A stretch of 63,868 nucleotides of DNA, filler included, from Octopus bimaculoides (GCF_001194135.2; 6 parts of 6 records of this genome joined end to end with filler, not necessarily neighbours in it), one strand, 5' to 3'; shown: positions 1-13,525, counted from the first letter of the whole stretch. Notes: generated by a model from the letters alone, not told the origin. Translations and numbers: made by a program.

Positions 1-52
1 TATATATATATTAATGCATGTATATAAAATGATTAAATAATTAGCAACGTAC

Positions 53-1153
53 AGCAACTTGTAAAGAAATACCACTGTAGAGGACTGTGATGGCCAACGC
101 AATGTGCAATGCTGCGATCATAACTGATACTGCTTTTTCTCTCATGACGGCATCATCGCGAAATGAGATTACGATAAGCATACAGGAGAAGATGATGGTG
201 AACACAAGGAGAGTGACTATATAAATGGAGAAGTATGTGTTGACTTGATGTAGCAGCTCCATTATTCCATCGTATTTCTTTTGTAGATGTATCAACTTGC
301 TGTCAATGTCACTAGTTGTTTGTTCTTTATCGTCGAGGAGTTTCAGTTTTTGTGAAAGGGCGTGCAGCTCGCAACAGATTATTTTCACGAAAAAATAAAG
401 TAGCACAACGTCGCTGAATATTCCAGAAGCGATAAACCAGCTTAAAATCCCGAAGTTTATCATTTCAAAAATTCTATTCCTCCATTTTGGTACGAATTGT
501 AAAGTTCTCATGGTGAATGGTACATCAGTAGAAGTAACGATATTTAATATATTAACAATTATTATGATAGTCGAAAATCCTATCATCAGTTTAATTTCCA
601 TTTTTAATTTTTTGAAATAGTTTTGCTCACTCAGAGAAACATCGTAAGTCGTGAATTTCTCAAGTAACTTTTTGCTATATACGATGTTGAAGATGAATTT
701 CATACAATGTTTTGAAATTTCTATAAAATAAAACAGAAAGAAATTAAAATAAACAACAGCTGTTCCTTTGTTCAACCAAATATTAAATGAAATACATAAG
801 CGTATTATATTCCAAATATAAAAGAGTAAAACAATACTTTTGAAAACTTTGAACAAGTTTTTTTGGTGTTTGGAGAGATAACATGAGGGATAAAACTCTT
901 GACCGGAGAGCGCCGTAAAATGTAAAGCAGGTTTTAAAACGTGCATCAGTATTTCTTCACGTGAATCTTGTGTTGGTCGCCTGTGGTCCATATTGATGGA
1001 TTCATTGCAGGGACATACATCAGTACAAGAGATGACAAAAGGAGTTACATTATAGCTTTGTGAACATGTATTACTTGGTTCGTTTTCTGTCATAGCTGCT
1101 ACACGGGGTTTCGGCAGAAGTTTTGCGATTATTTTGTTTCTCTTACCAGGCAT
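53..1153 (-). CDS. Large coding exon of gustatory-receptor-like (7tm_7/7TMIC-type) multi-pass membrane protein, paralog 1; 3' exons not in this exon
   Basis: ATG (MPGKRNKIIAKLL) at 1153 is shared with the paralog. 367 uninterrupted codons with about six hydrophobic segments. GR-like motifs: LKPALHFTALSG before TM1, ELHALSQKL, KYDGIMELLHQVNTYFS. Ends at GCT|GTACGT donor (GT at 52-51). Confidence 0.8.
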
Positions 1154-2102
1154 CAGGTAACTGTCTTCCACTATAGTGGCTTTACTGTGGTTCTTGTGAT
1201 GGTAGCGTGGGAAAATATATTGAGTGTGACGGCTGTAGTGGTGTTAGTAGTGGTAGTGATAGTGGTTATATTGGTACTAGTAATTGCTGTGAAGTCGGGT
1301 GCTATTTTATTCTCTGGTTATTAAATGCTCCAATTCATCAGTTACGGCCACAAAGATCATGTACACATTATTAAAAGACGATAATGAACTCGGATCTAAA
1401 ATCTGATATTTTTTAAAGTGTTTCATACAGATGAAGGTTCAGTCCTACTCGAAGGACGATAAAATAATGTTGAGATGATATACGATATTCGGGAATGAAC
1501 CAGAGATCATTGGTCCAACTTTGATGCATAGAATATGATATACTATTCAGTTATTGTGGATAACGTGATGTTGAGGTTATGCATGTAGGATAGTATTCAA
1601 CTGATTATGTATATGTTATAGCTTTGAGATGGCGTGAATATAATGTAATGTTTAATTGATGAATATAATATAATGTTGATGTGGTTTATATATTTTGTTG
1701 GCATGATGCATAAAAGATTCAGCAGTTGCCGTGGAAAAAAAAACAATCACACACTGGAGTCCTGATACTATTTACATATGTATTTATATATCAATACTCA
1801 CCATTCTCTCACATTCATGCACAAACCCGCACACAAACGCAAACACACCGTGGTCATACACACGTACAGATATGTACATACAACATACAGGCTTGTCACG
1901 CAAACAATATATCGGTATCACCCATTATTGTATGTATGTCATAGATAAAACGATATAGTATTGACGATCAGACGATTTGATTTAGAATATCTCTTGCAGC
2001 AGGATTCGTTTTTGTTAGCTAGCTTGAGAAGGACATGAACGACACATATTGTCATTGGCTTTACCTCTATAATTACATCCTTTTTCCTGAATGATAACTT
2101 AC

Positions 2103-2185
2103 AGTCGGTGGAAGTCACAGATATAAAGCTAAGCAGACCAATGCCAATTCGGTGTTTCTTCACATGTTTTTTGCCATCGGAAGGC
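2103..2185 (-). CDS. Candidate internal exon (PSDGKKHVKKHRIGIGLLSFISVTSTD) resembling the GRL segment leading into TM7
   Basis: tatatatAG acceptor and T|GTAAGT donor, open frame. The IG-x5-F-x2-VT pattern resembles the GRL IGxTxxGxFxIxK segment. Phase-compatible with 7548-7600. Confidence 0.35.
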
Positions 2186-3086
2186 CTATATATACAACGC
2201 TATTTTACTGTCGACGTTATAAATCAAAATCATTGTACATTTTAAAATCAAAGCACTATAATCATTGAACCGTCACTAATGATCCTATGAAATCCATGGA
2301 CACAACCACATTTCCTACATTGACTACTCTCACCTTAAAACATGTATAACGGCCTTATGACTTAACAATATTCAGTCAATACTTCCCTTAGAAGAGAATA
2401 TCGATCGGTGAATCCTTTTTTTAAAATCATTATAGCTCATTTAGAACTGAGCATTTTACTGATATATGTGTGTGTGTATACATGTGTGTATGTATCTGTG
2501 CGTATAGTTATAATATGCATTATAGTTATGCATGAATACGCATATATGAAAAATGCATCCATATACATAGATGGATTGGCGAATAGTTGCTTTTATAAAC
2601 GAAGGAAAAAGTAGTTTGAAAATAAAGTAGTTTGAAAATAAAGTAGTGTGTGTATATTTAATTAGTAGCTGTAGCTCTCTGCCTTGTCATTAATGTATCA
2701 CGTTTACAATTATTGAAATAACCGAAACAGGGAAGCAGCGTGAGTATAGATAAGCAAGAATATTCACGCATTTGCATATTCGCAAATGCAATATGACTGT
2801 CAACAATCTTCCAAGATTTGGTAAGTTTATTGAAAAAAAAGAAAAAAAACAGGAAATCAGTGACAGTTATCTATTAGCTTGTCAAGCGCAGACTATATGG
2901 TATATTCATTTATCACGTGCGTAAAAAAAAAATACATAAGGGAGGAAAGTGGTCATGATTTATATAGTTTTAGTATATGATGAATAAATTTATACCCTTT
3001 TCTAATCATATGATCCTCTTTTTAAGTTTTAGCAAATATATGCCTAAATTAAAATATTTCATATAGTTTTCAGCTAGGAATTTTTC

Positions 3087-3400
3087 AGGCGTGGCTGTGT
3101 GGTAAGAAGCTTGCTTCCCAACTACATGGTTCTGGATTCAGCCCCACAGCATGGCACCTTGAGCAAGTGTCTTCTGCTATAGCTTCGGGCCGACCAAAGC
3201 CTTGTTAGGTGCCATGTCCACCGCTTTGTGTTTGTCACTGCTTAACAACCGATGCTGGTGTGCTTACGTTCCAGTAAATTAGCAATTCGGCAAAAGAAAC
3301 CGATAGAATAAGTACTGGGGTCGATTCATTCGGCCAAAAATTTCTTCAAGTCGGTGCCCCAGCATGGCCGCAGTCTAATGACTGTAAAAGATAAAAGATA
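3087..3400 (+). mobile_element. SINE family B copy (GTGGCTGTGTGGTAAG head)
   Basis: tRNA-like head; the same family recurs many times in the window. Confidence 0.8.
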
Positions 3401-3699
3401 AAAATAAAAAGAATCAGTAAGATTCATCATCACCGATCGTTTGTTACTAATCGCAAAAAGCTGCAATAGAATAACATACTTCTAAAGACAGGGATAACAA
3501 CATCGAGAACTATCAATGTTCGGATGGGTGAGGTAGTGTCTATAAGGGATCAACAACTCTAATATATGCCTTTCTAAAGCATTAGTTTATCGAGCTACGG
3601 TGTCCCTTACCGAAAATAGCGAAGTAAAAAGTAGAGCTTGCCGAAAATGCCTTTAAAGAATGTTCTTGTAACAAATATATTCATTCAGACACTCTACGT

Positions 3700-4745
3700 G
3701 TGTAGAGACATTACCTTTCAGATTGAAGCTTGAGTCCCGAGTCAGTTCAGCGTTCTAGACTAATTTGTGAATATATTGGCTAACGCCTAATAAACCCAAA
3801 ACTTTGTCCTCCTGTGCAGATATCGGCAGCAGCAAACGTCCTTGTTTAATGACTCCACAACTGCACCAGCTCGTCCAAGTCATTTTAGGACTTCAGACTC
3901 TCAGTTAATGCCGCTACAAATCTCATTGCCGAGATAAGTTAAGCGGTCAACAAATTCAACATTGTCACCTGCAGCAGAGACAGACGAGATGAAGTCCTCT
4001 AAGAAGCCACTGAAAGACTGGATCTTTCTCTTGACCCAAGAGACTCTACGACCTCATTCAGTGAAAGGAGAGCGCTCCTAAAGACATGTAAAAACTCAAC
4101 AAGAATATTTTCCTCATCAGCAAAATCTAGGTTCGTAATTCTAGTTTCACCAATGAGCGAACCACAAGTTGATTGAGCCACCATTTGGCCAAGTATCCAA
4201 TTCATGCCGACATTGAACAGAGTGAGAACCAGGACACACTGTGATGGACCCCAGATCTAATTGGGGAAAAGTTAGATGTTGAGCCCCCAATCCGAACCAC
4301 ATTGTGTGCAAGGCCACCATGGATCCAATTATTTGAGAAGGTATACCTCACAGCTCTAGAATCCTCCAAAGTACATCCTAGTCCACCGAGGCAAACGCCT
4401 TGCGAAGGTCTACATAGGCTACAAGCAACCCCTGCCGAAAGCTCTCTTCACATTCAATGAGAACACAAAGAGCCAGGATTCTGTCCGCAGTTGATCACAA
4501 TGGCGTGAACTCTAACTACTCGGCCGCTGATAATTTCGCACTTCGTTCAAAATGACCCTGGTAAAGAACTTACCGGACACTGAGATGTGTGTAAGAGCCC
4601 AATAATTGTTGCAGTGTGGTGATCGCCTTCACCTTTCCAGCGCGGAATAATTATGCCCCTCTTCCAGTCAGGCGGTATGATGCTGCTGCTCCAGATTGAG
4701 CAAAGTCTCGGGTCTTTAAATCTCTGATCCTCCCTGTCTGCTTTA
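3700..4745 (-). mobile_element. Degraded RTE/L2-type LINE reverse transcriptase fragment
   Basis: Broken frames read IPPDWKRGIIIPRWKGEGD and ITNLDFADE (FADD-type motif); interrupted by a CA microsatellite. Confidence 0.7.
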
Positions 4746-4779
4746 TACACATCCAAACACACACAGACACACACGCACA

Positions 4780-4891
<112 letters not shown>

Positions 4892-4974
4892 CATAAATAC
4901 TGGGCACAGCTACATAGACTAACCCTCGGGACCGAATCCATCACCGCGAAGAGAGTGAATAATTGACAAATTTT

Positions 4975-5580
4975 AAGTGAATACATGCAACTGAAGTCGC
5001 GATTGCAGGTCGCACGTGGGTGTCGGGCCGAAAACTAGCGTTCGACAGCGACAATACCGTCGGTTTTTCGCATTGGTGGCGGTACAAACATTCGACTGAG
5101 ACCGATGCATACGGGACGCCGCATCAGCCGCGCGCAGCGTGCGGATCCGGCCGTGAAGCGGCTTCACACCTTTTCATTTTGGTGACTCTAGATAACTATC
5201 AGTAGGTTAGTACAGGCTGGGCTCAACTAGCCTTTGCGTGACGTGTTCCCTGCGGTTCCGCTCTATCAACTGTCGACGCCCCGGTAATGCCGATCATGGA
5301 GGTAAGAGATACCAAGGAATCAGGGTTCGATTCCGAAGAAGGAGCATGAGAATCGACAACCACATCTAAGGAAAGGAACAAGCGCACAAATTACCTACTT
5401 CCAACACGGGGAGGTAGTGTCGAAAAATAAAGATGCGAAGCTCTGACGAGGCTCCATTATCGGAATAAGTACACTTCAAATCCATTAACGAAGATCGGTC
5501 GGAGAAATTCCAGGTCCAGTGACGTATGTTAAAATTGCTGCATTTTAAAAGCTTGTCGTCGTAATTCGGGTCTCGGAAAT
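4975..5580 (+). pseudogene. Degraded fragment of 18S rRNA gene (5' domain)
   Basis: Colinear diverged matches to conserved SSU motifs: AATACATGC, GGTGACTCTAGATAAC, CTATCAACT, GGAATCAGGGTTCGATTCCG, ACCACATCTAAGGAA, AAATTACC, GGGGAGGTAGTG..GAAAAATAA, AAATCCATTAACGA. Many substitutions and deletions; no flanking rDNA. Confidence 0.85.
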
Positions 5581-5689
5581 GTGTTACAGCACATTCGGGT
5601 CGGCTGCACCTTCACAGGCACGCCCCGAACTCATCTGCGTCAGGCGTCTTTTCGTACTTCATATATGTATGCATTTATTTACATTTTAT

Positions 5690-7440
5690 TTACAGCAAAG
5701 TAATCAGCTCTTCTATGTTCTGCTCTGTTTTGGAGAGGACAACCCTCACTTCTGGTGAGACATCCAATCGATTTCGTGACTTCGTTTTGATGGCAAAGAG
5801 AGTGGAAAACGCGGTCTCACACTCATTGATGACTGGAAATGGCATCAGTAGTTTAAGAGACAACTTTGCATCATCAAGATATAACCGTGCCATTTCAATC
5901 CAAAAGTCAGAACAGCACATTTCACGGAAAAACATTTTGCATCTCGATCATTGACCAAATCAATGAACTGCTCTTGAATTAAATTGTCTTCTGTTGGCTG
6001 ATCGCTAACAGGGTGTTCTTGATAAAGCGGTAGTATTTGTCAAAAAAGAGAATATTTCTCTGCTAAGTATTGACATGTGCTGTTTCATGAGTTCAATGAT
6101 ATTGTCATCTACATGAAGCACGTTTTCATCAATAAACAGGTTTAGTTGAGGAAATGATGCAAAGTTCTTTCTATCCAACATTGGATGCCAAAGTTCAAGC
6201 TTCATTTTGAGAGCAGTTAGTTTTTCAGGAGAATGAAGCATGGTTGTAACATTCCCTTGCAGTGAAAGAGTGATGGCATTAACGGACTCGAATATGACAC
6301 CAACAATGCCAAACAGATCAGAAAACGAACATCTGGGAATCTGGCGTGCAAATCTGATCTGGCGTCTTGTAAAAAAAAAACGTGGATTTCTTTTCGTAGA
6401 AAGAAAACACCTCTTTATTGTTTTCTTCTCGGAAGCCATCTCACTTGTGTATGCAACAGAAGCGTTTCGAATTCAGAATCACTTTCTTTGCACAACTCTG
6501 CAAATAAACGGGAGTTGAGTGCGTTCTCTTTGATGAAGTTCACCGCTGTAATCCCGTAATTCAGAACATTTAACTTATCAAGCTTGGTTTTCCCCATTAG
6601 TGTTTGTCGATAAATTATGTTCTGTGTACCAATAGCACCTGGGGATTTTTCTTTCACAAAAGTCTGAAAACCAAAACGGCAACTAAGCATTGCCGGAGCG
6701 CCGTCGGTGCATATTCCAATGACATGCTCTCTGATATCATGTGTCTCAAAAAGTTTGTTCACTTTGTTAAATATTTCCTTTGTGGTTGTTTTGGTACTGA
6801 GGGTTTCGAAAAGCAGGAATTCGTCCTCCAGGTGATTGCTATGTATATAACGTACATTAACACACATAGACGCACATTTGGGGTAAGTTGGAAACATTCA
6901 TCGTTTCATCAGGATGGATCACGAAAAAGTTCAAAAGCGAATTGTGAATCCTAGAGACCAACTACGACAGAATGTTATCAGACAGCTCAGTTATTCGTCT
7001 GCTGACAGTATCGTTTAAGAGAGACATGCTTCAGCTTCTGAAGTTCAGAACTTCCTAGCACATTCGATATGATAACTCTGCAGCAAGGCAATATCAACTC
7101 TTCGCCAATATTGTGGGGCTTTTTGGTAACAGTTATGTTCCTTGAAACCTCGTAGGATGCCTTCAAACCAACCGTAATGTCCAGCGAAAACATTCCTGTG
7201 TCATCAAGTCTGGATTTCGTCAATCCTTCGGCTTCGTGTCTGAAGAAGTTTACATCTCTATTTATTGAACTGGGATGCTTCGTTTCGAAGTGCCTCTTTA
7301 ATTAGCTGGGCTTTAGTGTAGTAGACACCAAAACCTCGGAACACAAAACACACCGTGGGTTCATTCTCCGTCAGACTTTATCACAGTAAAATCGAATTTC
7401 AAATAAGATTCGTCATATCTCATTTTCTCTTTCGGAGGCA
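5690..7440 (-). mobile_element. Decayed hAT (Buster/ZBED5-like) transposon
   Basis: Frameshifted transposase pieces: KKPHNIGEELILPCC, GICTDGAPAM, SRLFAELCKE..ETLLLHTQVRWL, LSLQG, MPFPVINECETAFSTLFAIKTKSRNRLDV. TIRs not identified. Confidence 0.85.
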
Positions 7441-7547
7441 TTATAAAAAAGATAAAATTCAGTAAACCAATTTCATATAACTACGTTGTATATTTATTTC
7501 GCATTTGTCATATACTACGGGATGCACAAATTATCAACAAAGCTTAC

Positions 7548-7600
7548 CTCTCACTATCAATTATTGAAGAAATCCATAGTTTTATCTGTGGATAAACCTC
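7548..7600 (-). CDS. Candidate small internal exon (EVYPQIKLWISSIIDSE), possibly exon 2 of GRL paralog 2
   Basis: Pyrimidine-rich acceptor ..tcaccttctcgatcAG, open phase-0 frame, AG|GTAAGC donor. Phases match the upstream donor at 10749 and the candidate exon at 2185. A further acceptor at 7681 extends the same frame in a different start phase. Confidence 0.3.
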
Positions 7601-8913
7601 CTGATCGAGAAGGTGATATAAATAACGGTACTTTGTATCTCGGATAAGAATATCTCTCGATAGAAAATGTGCATTGACTCCTGTAAGAATATAGAATCAT
7701 ATTTGCCGTCTACGTGTGTGGAAAAAATATAGCAAATATGAACGAAACATGCTCACGCGCGCACAGACATACTCGCTTAAGTATATATTAGTAACAATTA
7801 AGCAATGGCAACAGGTAAAATACATAGGACAAGATACAGTCAAGGTAATTACCCTCTTTCTTCAGCTGTTAAATGGAGTTCAAGGTAATTTAGGTGCCTT
7901 AATCGGCACCTAAATTACCTTCAAAGCTCTCAAGTTCGTACTTAAAATCGCACAAGTATAAAATCGCATAAGTTAAATATTAGCCTGAATTTCAAAGATA
8001 AACAAACAATGCGATATGAAGTAACGGAGGATATTAATTAAAAGGCTTTGGAAAACAAGAAAGAAAAGTATATAACTACAAAACGGAGATGATTTTGCGA
8101 AGTGTAACTCTATAAGGAATGAAAGTACATGGTCTGATGTTTAGCCCTTGAAAAAAAGGAGTGACAGGACGGAAATCAAAGGGACCAGTAGCAGGTCCGG
8201 GGTAAGAACCCCACACGCGCGCGCAAACAAGGCTGTAAAATTAGAATCGCATAAAGACGTAAAGGTATTATGAGAATGAGAAAATCATGCAGAAAAGGGG
8301 AGGAAAGAGAGAAGGAATTGAGCAAGAAGAAAAGATGGAAGAGTAAACGAGTGTTACAAAGAAGGAGAGAGAGAGAGGGGGAGAGAGAGAGAGANNNNNN
8401 NNNNNNNNNNNNNNNNNNNNNNNNNNNNNNNNNNNNNNNNNNNNNNNNNNNNNNNNNNNNNNNNNNNNNNNNNNNNNNNNNNNNNNNNNNNNNNNNNNNN
8501 NNNNNNNNNNNNNNNNNNNNNNNNNNNNNNNNNNNNNNNNNNNNNNNNNNNNNNNNNNNNNNNNNNNNNNNNNNNNNNNNNNNNNNNNNNNNNNNNNNNN
8601 NNNNNNNNNNNNNNNNNNNNNNNNNNNNNNNNNNNNNNNNNNNNNNNNNNNNNNNNNNNNNNNNNNNNNNNNNNNNNNNNNNNNNNNNNNNNNNNNNNNN
8701 NNNNNNNNNNNNNNNNNNNNNNNNNNNNNNNNNNNNNNNNNNNNNNNNNNNNNNNNNNNNNNNNNNNNNNNNNNNNNNNNNNNNNNNNNNNNNNNNNNNN
8801 NNNNNNNNNNNNNNNNNNNNNNNNNNNNNNNNNNNNNNNNNNNNNNNNNNNNNNNNNNNNNNNNNNNNNNNNNNNNNNNNNNNNNNNNNNNNNNNNNNNN
8901 NNNNNNNNNNNNN

Positions 8914-9204
8914 CGATCTCATTTGCCGAACCGCTAAGTTACGGGGACGTAAACACACCAGCATCGGTTGTCAAGCGATGATAGGGGGGACAAACACACA
9001 CATACAAACATATACACACACATACTTATATATATATACATATATACGACGGGCTTCTTTCAGTTTCCGTCTACCAAATCCACTCACAAGGCTTTGGTCG
9101 GCCCGAGGCTATAGTAGAAGACACTTGCCCAAGATGCCATGCAGTGGGACTGAACCCGGGACCATGTGGTTGGTAAGCTAGCTACTTACCACACAGCCAC
9201 TCCT
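8914..9204 (-). mobile_element. SINE family B copy
   Basis: Reverse complement of the family B head and body; truncated by an N gap. Confidence 0.8.
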
Positions 9205-10004
9205 ACACCTATATATATATATATATGTGTGTGTTTTACAGTGATCCCCTTCTTTAATCTTTTCATCTTCTTTTCTTCTCTCTTTTTCTTCCTTTTTTTC
9301 TTCTCCCACTTCTCCCTCTAGTGCGCATGCATTTGTATATACAGTCTAATGAAATTTTCACATTATATTCATAATAATACGCATGTTTTAATAAATGTGA
9401 CGTTATTATTTTATTATACCGGTATGTTTTGTTTTTTTTTCTCACAGTAAATGGTATGTAAAATGTGCAGTTTGGCTTGATTAGCTGGACAACGCTTTTC
9501 TTTAACCAAATAGTCAATTTTGTGTTATACCATGAGAGAAGCAGTTTTAGCCGGGAATTGAACGGCTTGCCCTAAAAGAAGAACTAATCTTTATACAAGA
9601 TATTGCACCTCGACAGGGAGGCCGCGATTCGCAAATGGTTGAATGGAAAATTCCCCGGAAGAAGAATTGGAATCGAATCTACAGCTATACTGTACTAGCA
9701 CGCTAGGATCTCTTCTCATGTTTATTTCAAAAGCGAAATAAGGTGTATTTCACTGGCCCTAGATATATAATAGAAGTGAAAGTATTTCGGTTCTTTTTTC
9801 CGAGATTTCAGCTGAGATATTCCAGAATCCTGTGTTGGAACGACAAAAGAAAGATATTGAATTTAGAGGTCTCCATGTAGAAATTCCTACAGAGTTAGCG
9901 ACTCAATATAATTAAAACTTGTATTCTCAATAAATTGCGTATTATTATGAATATAGTGTACAAATTCGAAATAGATATTTTGAATATTATCAATACTGGT
10001 TTTA

Positions 10005-10135
10005 AAATTCTGGCACAAGGCCAGTAATTTCAGGGAGGAGATAAGTCAATTTCATCGACCCCAGACCCCAGTATTCAACAAGTACTTATTTTATCGACCT
10101 CGGCGGAATTTGAACTCAGAACGTACAGTCGGCCA
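10005..10135 (-). mobile_element. SINE family C fragment
   Basis: Reverse complement of GTTCTGAGTTCAAATTCCGCCGAGGTCGA..AAGTAC, shared with 48238-48450 and 54601-54815. Confidence 0.65.
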
Positions 10136-10246
10136 ACATGTCGCTGCCTTGAAAAATATTAATATTAATATACATACATACATATACACAGACACACACA
10201 TGTATGTATATATATATATATATATATGAGTGTGTGTGTATTGTCG

Positions 10247-10624
10247 TGGCACTCCGTCGGTTACGACGATGAGAGTTCCAGTTGATCCGATCAATGGAAT
10301 GGCCTGCTCGTGAAATTAAAGTGTAAGTGGCTGAGCACTCCACAGACACGTGTACCTTTAACCAGTTCTCGGGGAGATTCAGCGTGACACAGAGTGTGAC
10401 AAGGCTGGCCCTTTGAAATACAGGTACAACAGAAACAGGAAGAAAGAGTGAGAGAAAGATGTGATGAAAGAGTACAGCAGGGTTCACCATCACCCCCTGC
10501 CGGAGCCTCGTGGGGCTTTGGGTGTTTTCGCTCAATAAACACTCACAATGCCCGGTCTGGGAATCGAAACCACGATCCTACGACTGCGAGTCCGCTGCCC
10601 TAACCACTGGGCCATTACGCTTCC
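10247..10624 (-). mobile_element. tRNA-derived SINE family A, full length
   Basis: About 375 bp, high identity to copies at 13526, 40848 and 46797; head has A/B-box-like TGG..TAG and GTTTCGATTCC. Confidence 0.9.
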
Positions 10625-10748
10625 ATACACATACACACACACACACACATGCATTATACATATCTGCTAAAGTCTGTGTGTTCGTGTGTGTATGTATGTA
10701 AGTACTGCACACATAATAACAAATAGATAAATAAATGAATAAACATAC

Positions 10749-11870
10749 AGCAACTTGTATAGAAATACCACCGCAGAGAATAGAGATTGCCAAGAAGGCT
10801 TGTGTTACTGTCATTGATGTGACAACCAGTTTTTCATCAACGTCAACATCCGTCTGAAATATAATGTAGATCAGCGTGCAAGTGACAAGAATAGCAAACA
10901 AGAACGTCATGACTACACAAATGGAGAAGTAGGTGTTGACTTGTTGTAGTAGCTCCATTATTTCTTCGTATTTCTTCTGTAGATGAATGAACTTACTGAT
11001 AACTGTTTGTTCTTGGTCGTCTCTCACTGTTTCTTGCTGGTCATCGAGCACTTTCAGTTTTTGTGAGAGGGTATGCAGCTCACAGCAGATTATTTTCACT
11101 AAGAAATTAAGTAGTAAATCGTCGCTGAGTATTCCAGAAGCGATAAACCAGCTTAAAAATACGGTGTTTATTATTTCAAAAGCTTTGTTCTCGCACATTG
11201 GTATATGTAATAAAGATCCCACGGTAGATTCCGTAAATGTAGTCGAAGACAATACGGTTATTATTGTTATGCTCGTTATTATTACGAAAGTTGAAATCTT
11301 CACCGATAATTTAGCCTTCCGTTTTAATTTCCTGAAATATTTTTGTTCTGTCATAGGAAAATACGCCGTGAATTTCTCTAACAATCTTCTGCCATATACG
11401 ATGTTAAAGATGAGCTTCATACTATGTTTAAAAACTTCCATAGAATAAAACAGCACGAAGTTCAAATAGACTATAAATTTTCCTTGAGTCGCATTTATGT
11501 CAAACATGAAATATAACCGTATTATATTCAAAACCAAAAACAGTAAAACGATACACTTAAAAACTTTACATAAACATTGTTGGCGTTTAGTGAGATAACC
11601 TGATGGATAAAATTCTTGACCGGAGAGCGCCGTAAAATGAAGTACAGGTCTAAAAACGTCCACCAGAGTTTCTTCATTTAAAAACTCTGTTGGTTGCTTG
11701 TGGTCCACATCAATAGACTCCATGCAGTTAGACACAACAGTGCTCGAGATGACAGCCCTAGTAAGGTGATTGTTTTCCGAATATGTATTCCTTGGTTCGT
11801 CTTCTGGCATAGTTGCTACACTGGGATTTGACAGCAGTTTTGCAATTATCTTGTTTCTTTTACCCGGCAT
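10749..11870 (-). CDS. Large coding exon of gustatory-receptor-like multi-pass membrane protein, paralog 2
   Basis: 374 codons from ATG at 11870, colinear with paralog 1 (roughly half the residues identical by eye; FTALSGQEFYPS, SWFIASGI, VKIICCELH, HLQKKY, QVNTYFSI shared). Ends at the homologous GCT|GTATGT donor (GT at 10748-10747). The ORF tail after it is microsatellite read-through. Confidence 0.8.
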
Positions 11871-13077
11871 TTGGTAAATATATGGTATAGTGGCGCTGAT
11901 ACTTCTGTAGTGGTGGGTTCTGGAATAGTTGAGGAGGCTGTAGTACTGGTGATTATATTAGTAGCTGGTTACTGAGGCCTTGGTGATAGCTGTGTTAGTG
12001 GTGACTGTAGTGATGTTGACTTTAATAAAGGCAGCAATAGTAGCGATGATGCTTGTATTGGTGATAGTATTTGCAGTGGTAGTTGCAGCTAAATTTGTGG
12101 TGATGGTATTTATTGTGATGGCGGCCACTATGGTAGTGGTGGTACTGTTGCAAGTGGCTGAAGTAGTAGTAACCGCAGTGAGGTAGTAGTTACACTAATT
12201 GCAGTAAATATATTGTGCTGTGTTGGCCTGTTATTCTACGCATTGATCTTAAAACATACCAATTCAGTGATAAATTATTCAAGATGAAATCAATTAGCAA
12301 GAGCTAAAACAAACAAAATAAACGACTGACTCGTAGATCTTACAGCTGTTGTTGTTTAACCCCAACTCAGCTCTGATTGAGCAAGCCTATAAACAATGTT
12401 GTTCTTGTTATGACCATTCCGTGAATTTTATATCGGAGATTATATTGTGCATGATGTGCTTTCCTTTCTAAGATAACAGGATGTGATTTCAGAAGGATTT
12501 TACAGCTATGTCAAGCGAATGCAGTGGACAACGGAGAGTGTCCTGCGTGGCGTCATGTGGTGCAAAGTGGATCACGGTACTAAAGGTTCGTATTTTCTCC
12601 GAAGACAGTAAAATACTATTGAGATGATGGGCGGCACTCGGGATATAAGCATAGAATCTCTTGCTTCAGACTTGGAAGAGAAATCATCTCCAGTAACGAT
12701 ATATATATATATATATATATATATANNNNNNNNNNNNNNNNNNNNNNNNNNNNNNNNNNNNNNNNNNNNNNNNNNNNNNNNNNNNNNNNNNNNNNNNNNN
12801 NNNNNNNNNNNNNNNNNNNNNNNNNNNNNNNNNNNNNNNNNNNNNNNNNNNNNNNNNNNNNNNNNNNNNNNNNNNNNNNNNNNNNNNNNNNNNNNNNNNN
12901 NNNNNNNNNNNNNNNNNNNNNNNNNNNNNNNNNNNNTATATATAAAACTTTGATGGGTGACGTACAAAATAAAGTGTCCACGTGTGTGTTGCATATAATA
13001 CAGTGTTGAGAGAGTGCTTATAACATAGTGTTGATATGGTTCATATAATATAGTACGGTGTTAAAATTATATGTCTA

Positions 13078-13113
<36 letters not shown>

Positions 13114-13525
13114 AAACAATGTTGACGTAATGTAATGAGGTATATAATATAGCACTGATGTGAAGTATATAGACTTAGCAATTGTAGCAGCAGAAGAACT
13201 ATTCACAGAATGAAAACTTTACATTATTTGCATATGCATTTATCCATTAGCAGCTAATGTCCATTATCTCTTGCTCTCCCTCTCTCTCCCCCTCACTCTC
13301 TCTCTCTCCCGCACTCTCTCTCTCTCTCTCACTGTGTGTATGTTTGTGTGTGTGTGTGTGACATACACACTCTTTCTCTCCTTTATCATACACGCTCTCT
13401 TTGCGCATTATCTCTCTGCGCATTCTCTTTCTCTCCCTCTCTCTTCCTATTTCTCTCTCTAACCTACACACATACATGCACGCAAACATGCATACATCCA
13501 AAGCGCACACATACCCAAAAGTTGT

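Noticed and set aside
10578-10748. C-terminal tail of the 430-aa ORF (VCLFIYL..RAADSQS)
   Set aside because: Lies beyond the conserved donor and runs through microsatellite and SINE sequence; intron read-through.
11980-12186. Hydrophobic Val/Ala-rich ORF antisense to the GRL upstream region
   Set aside because: Product of the (GTA/GTG)n low-complexity tract.
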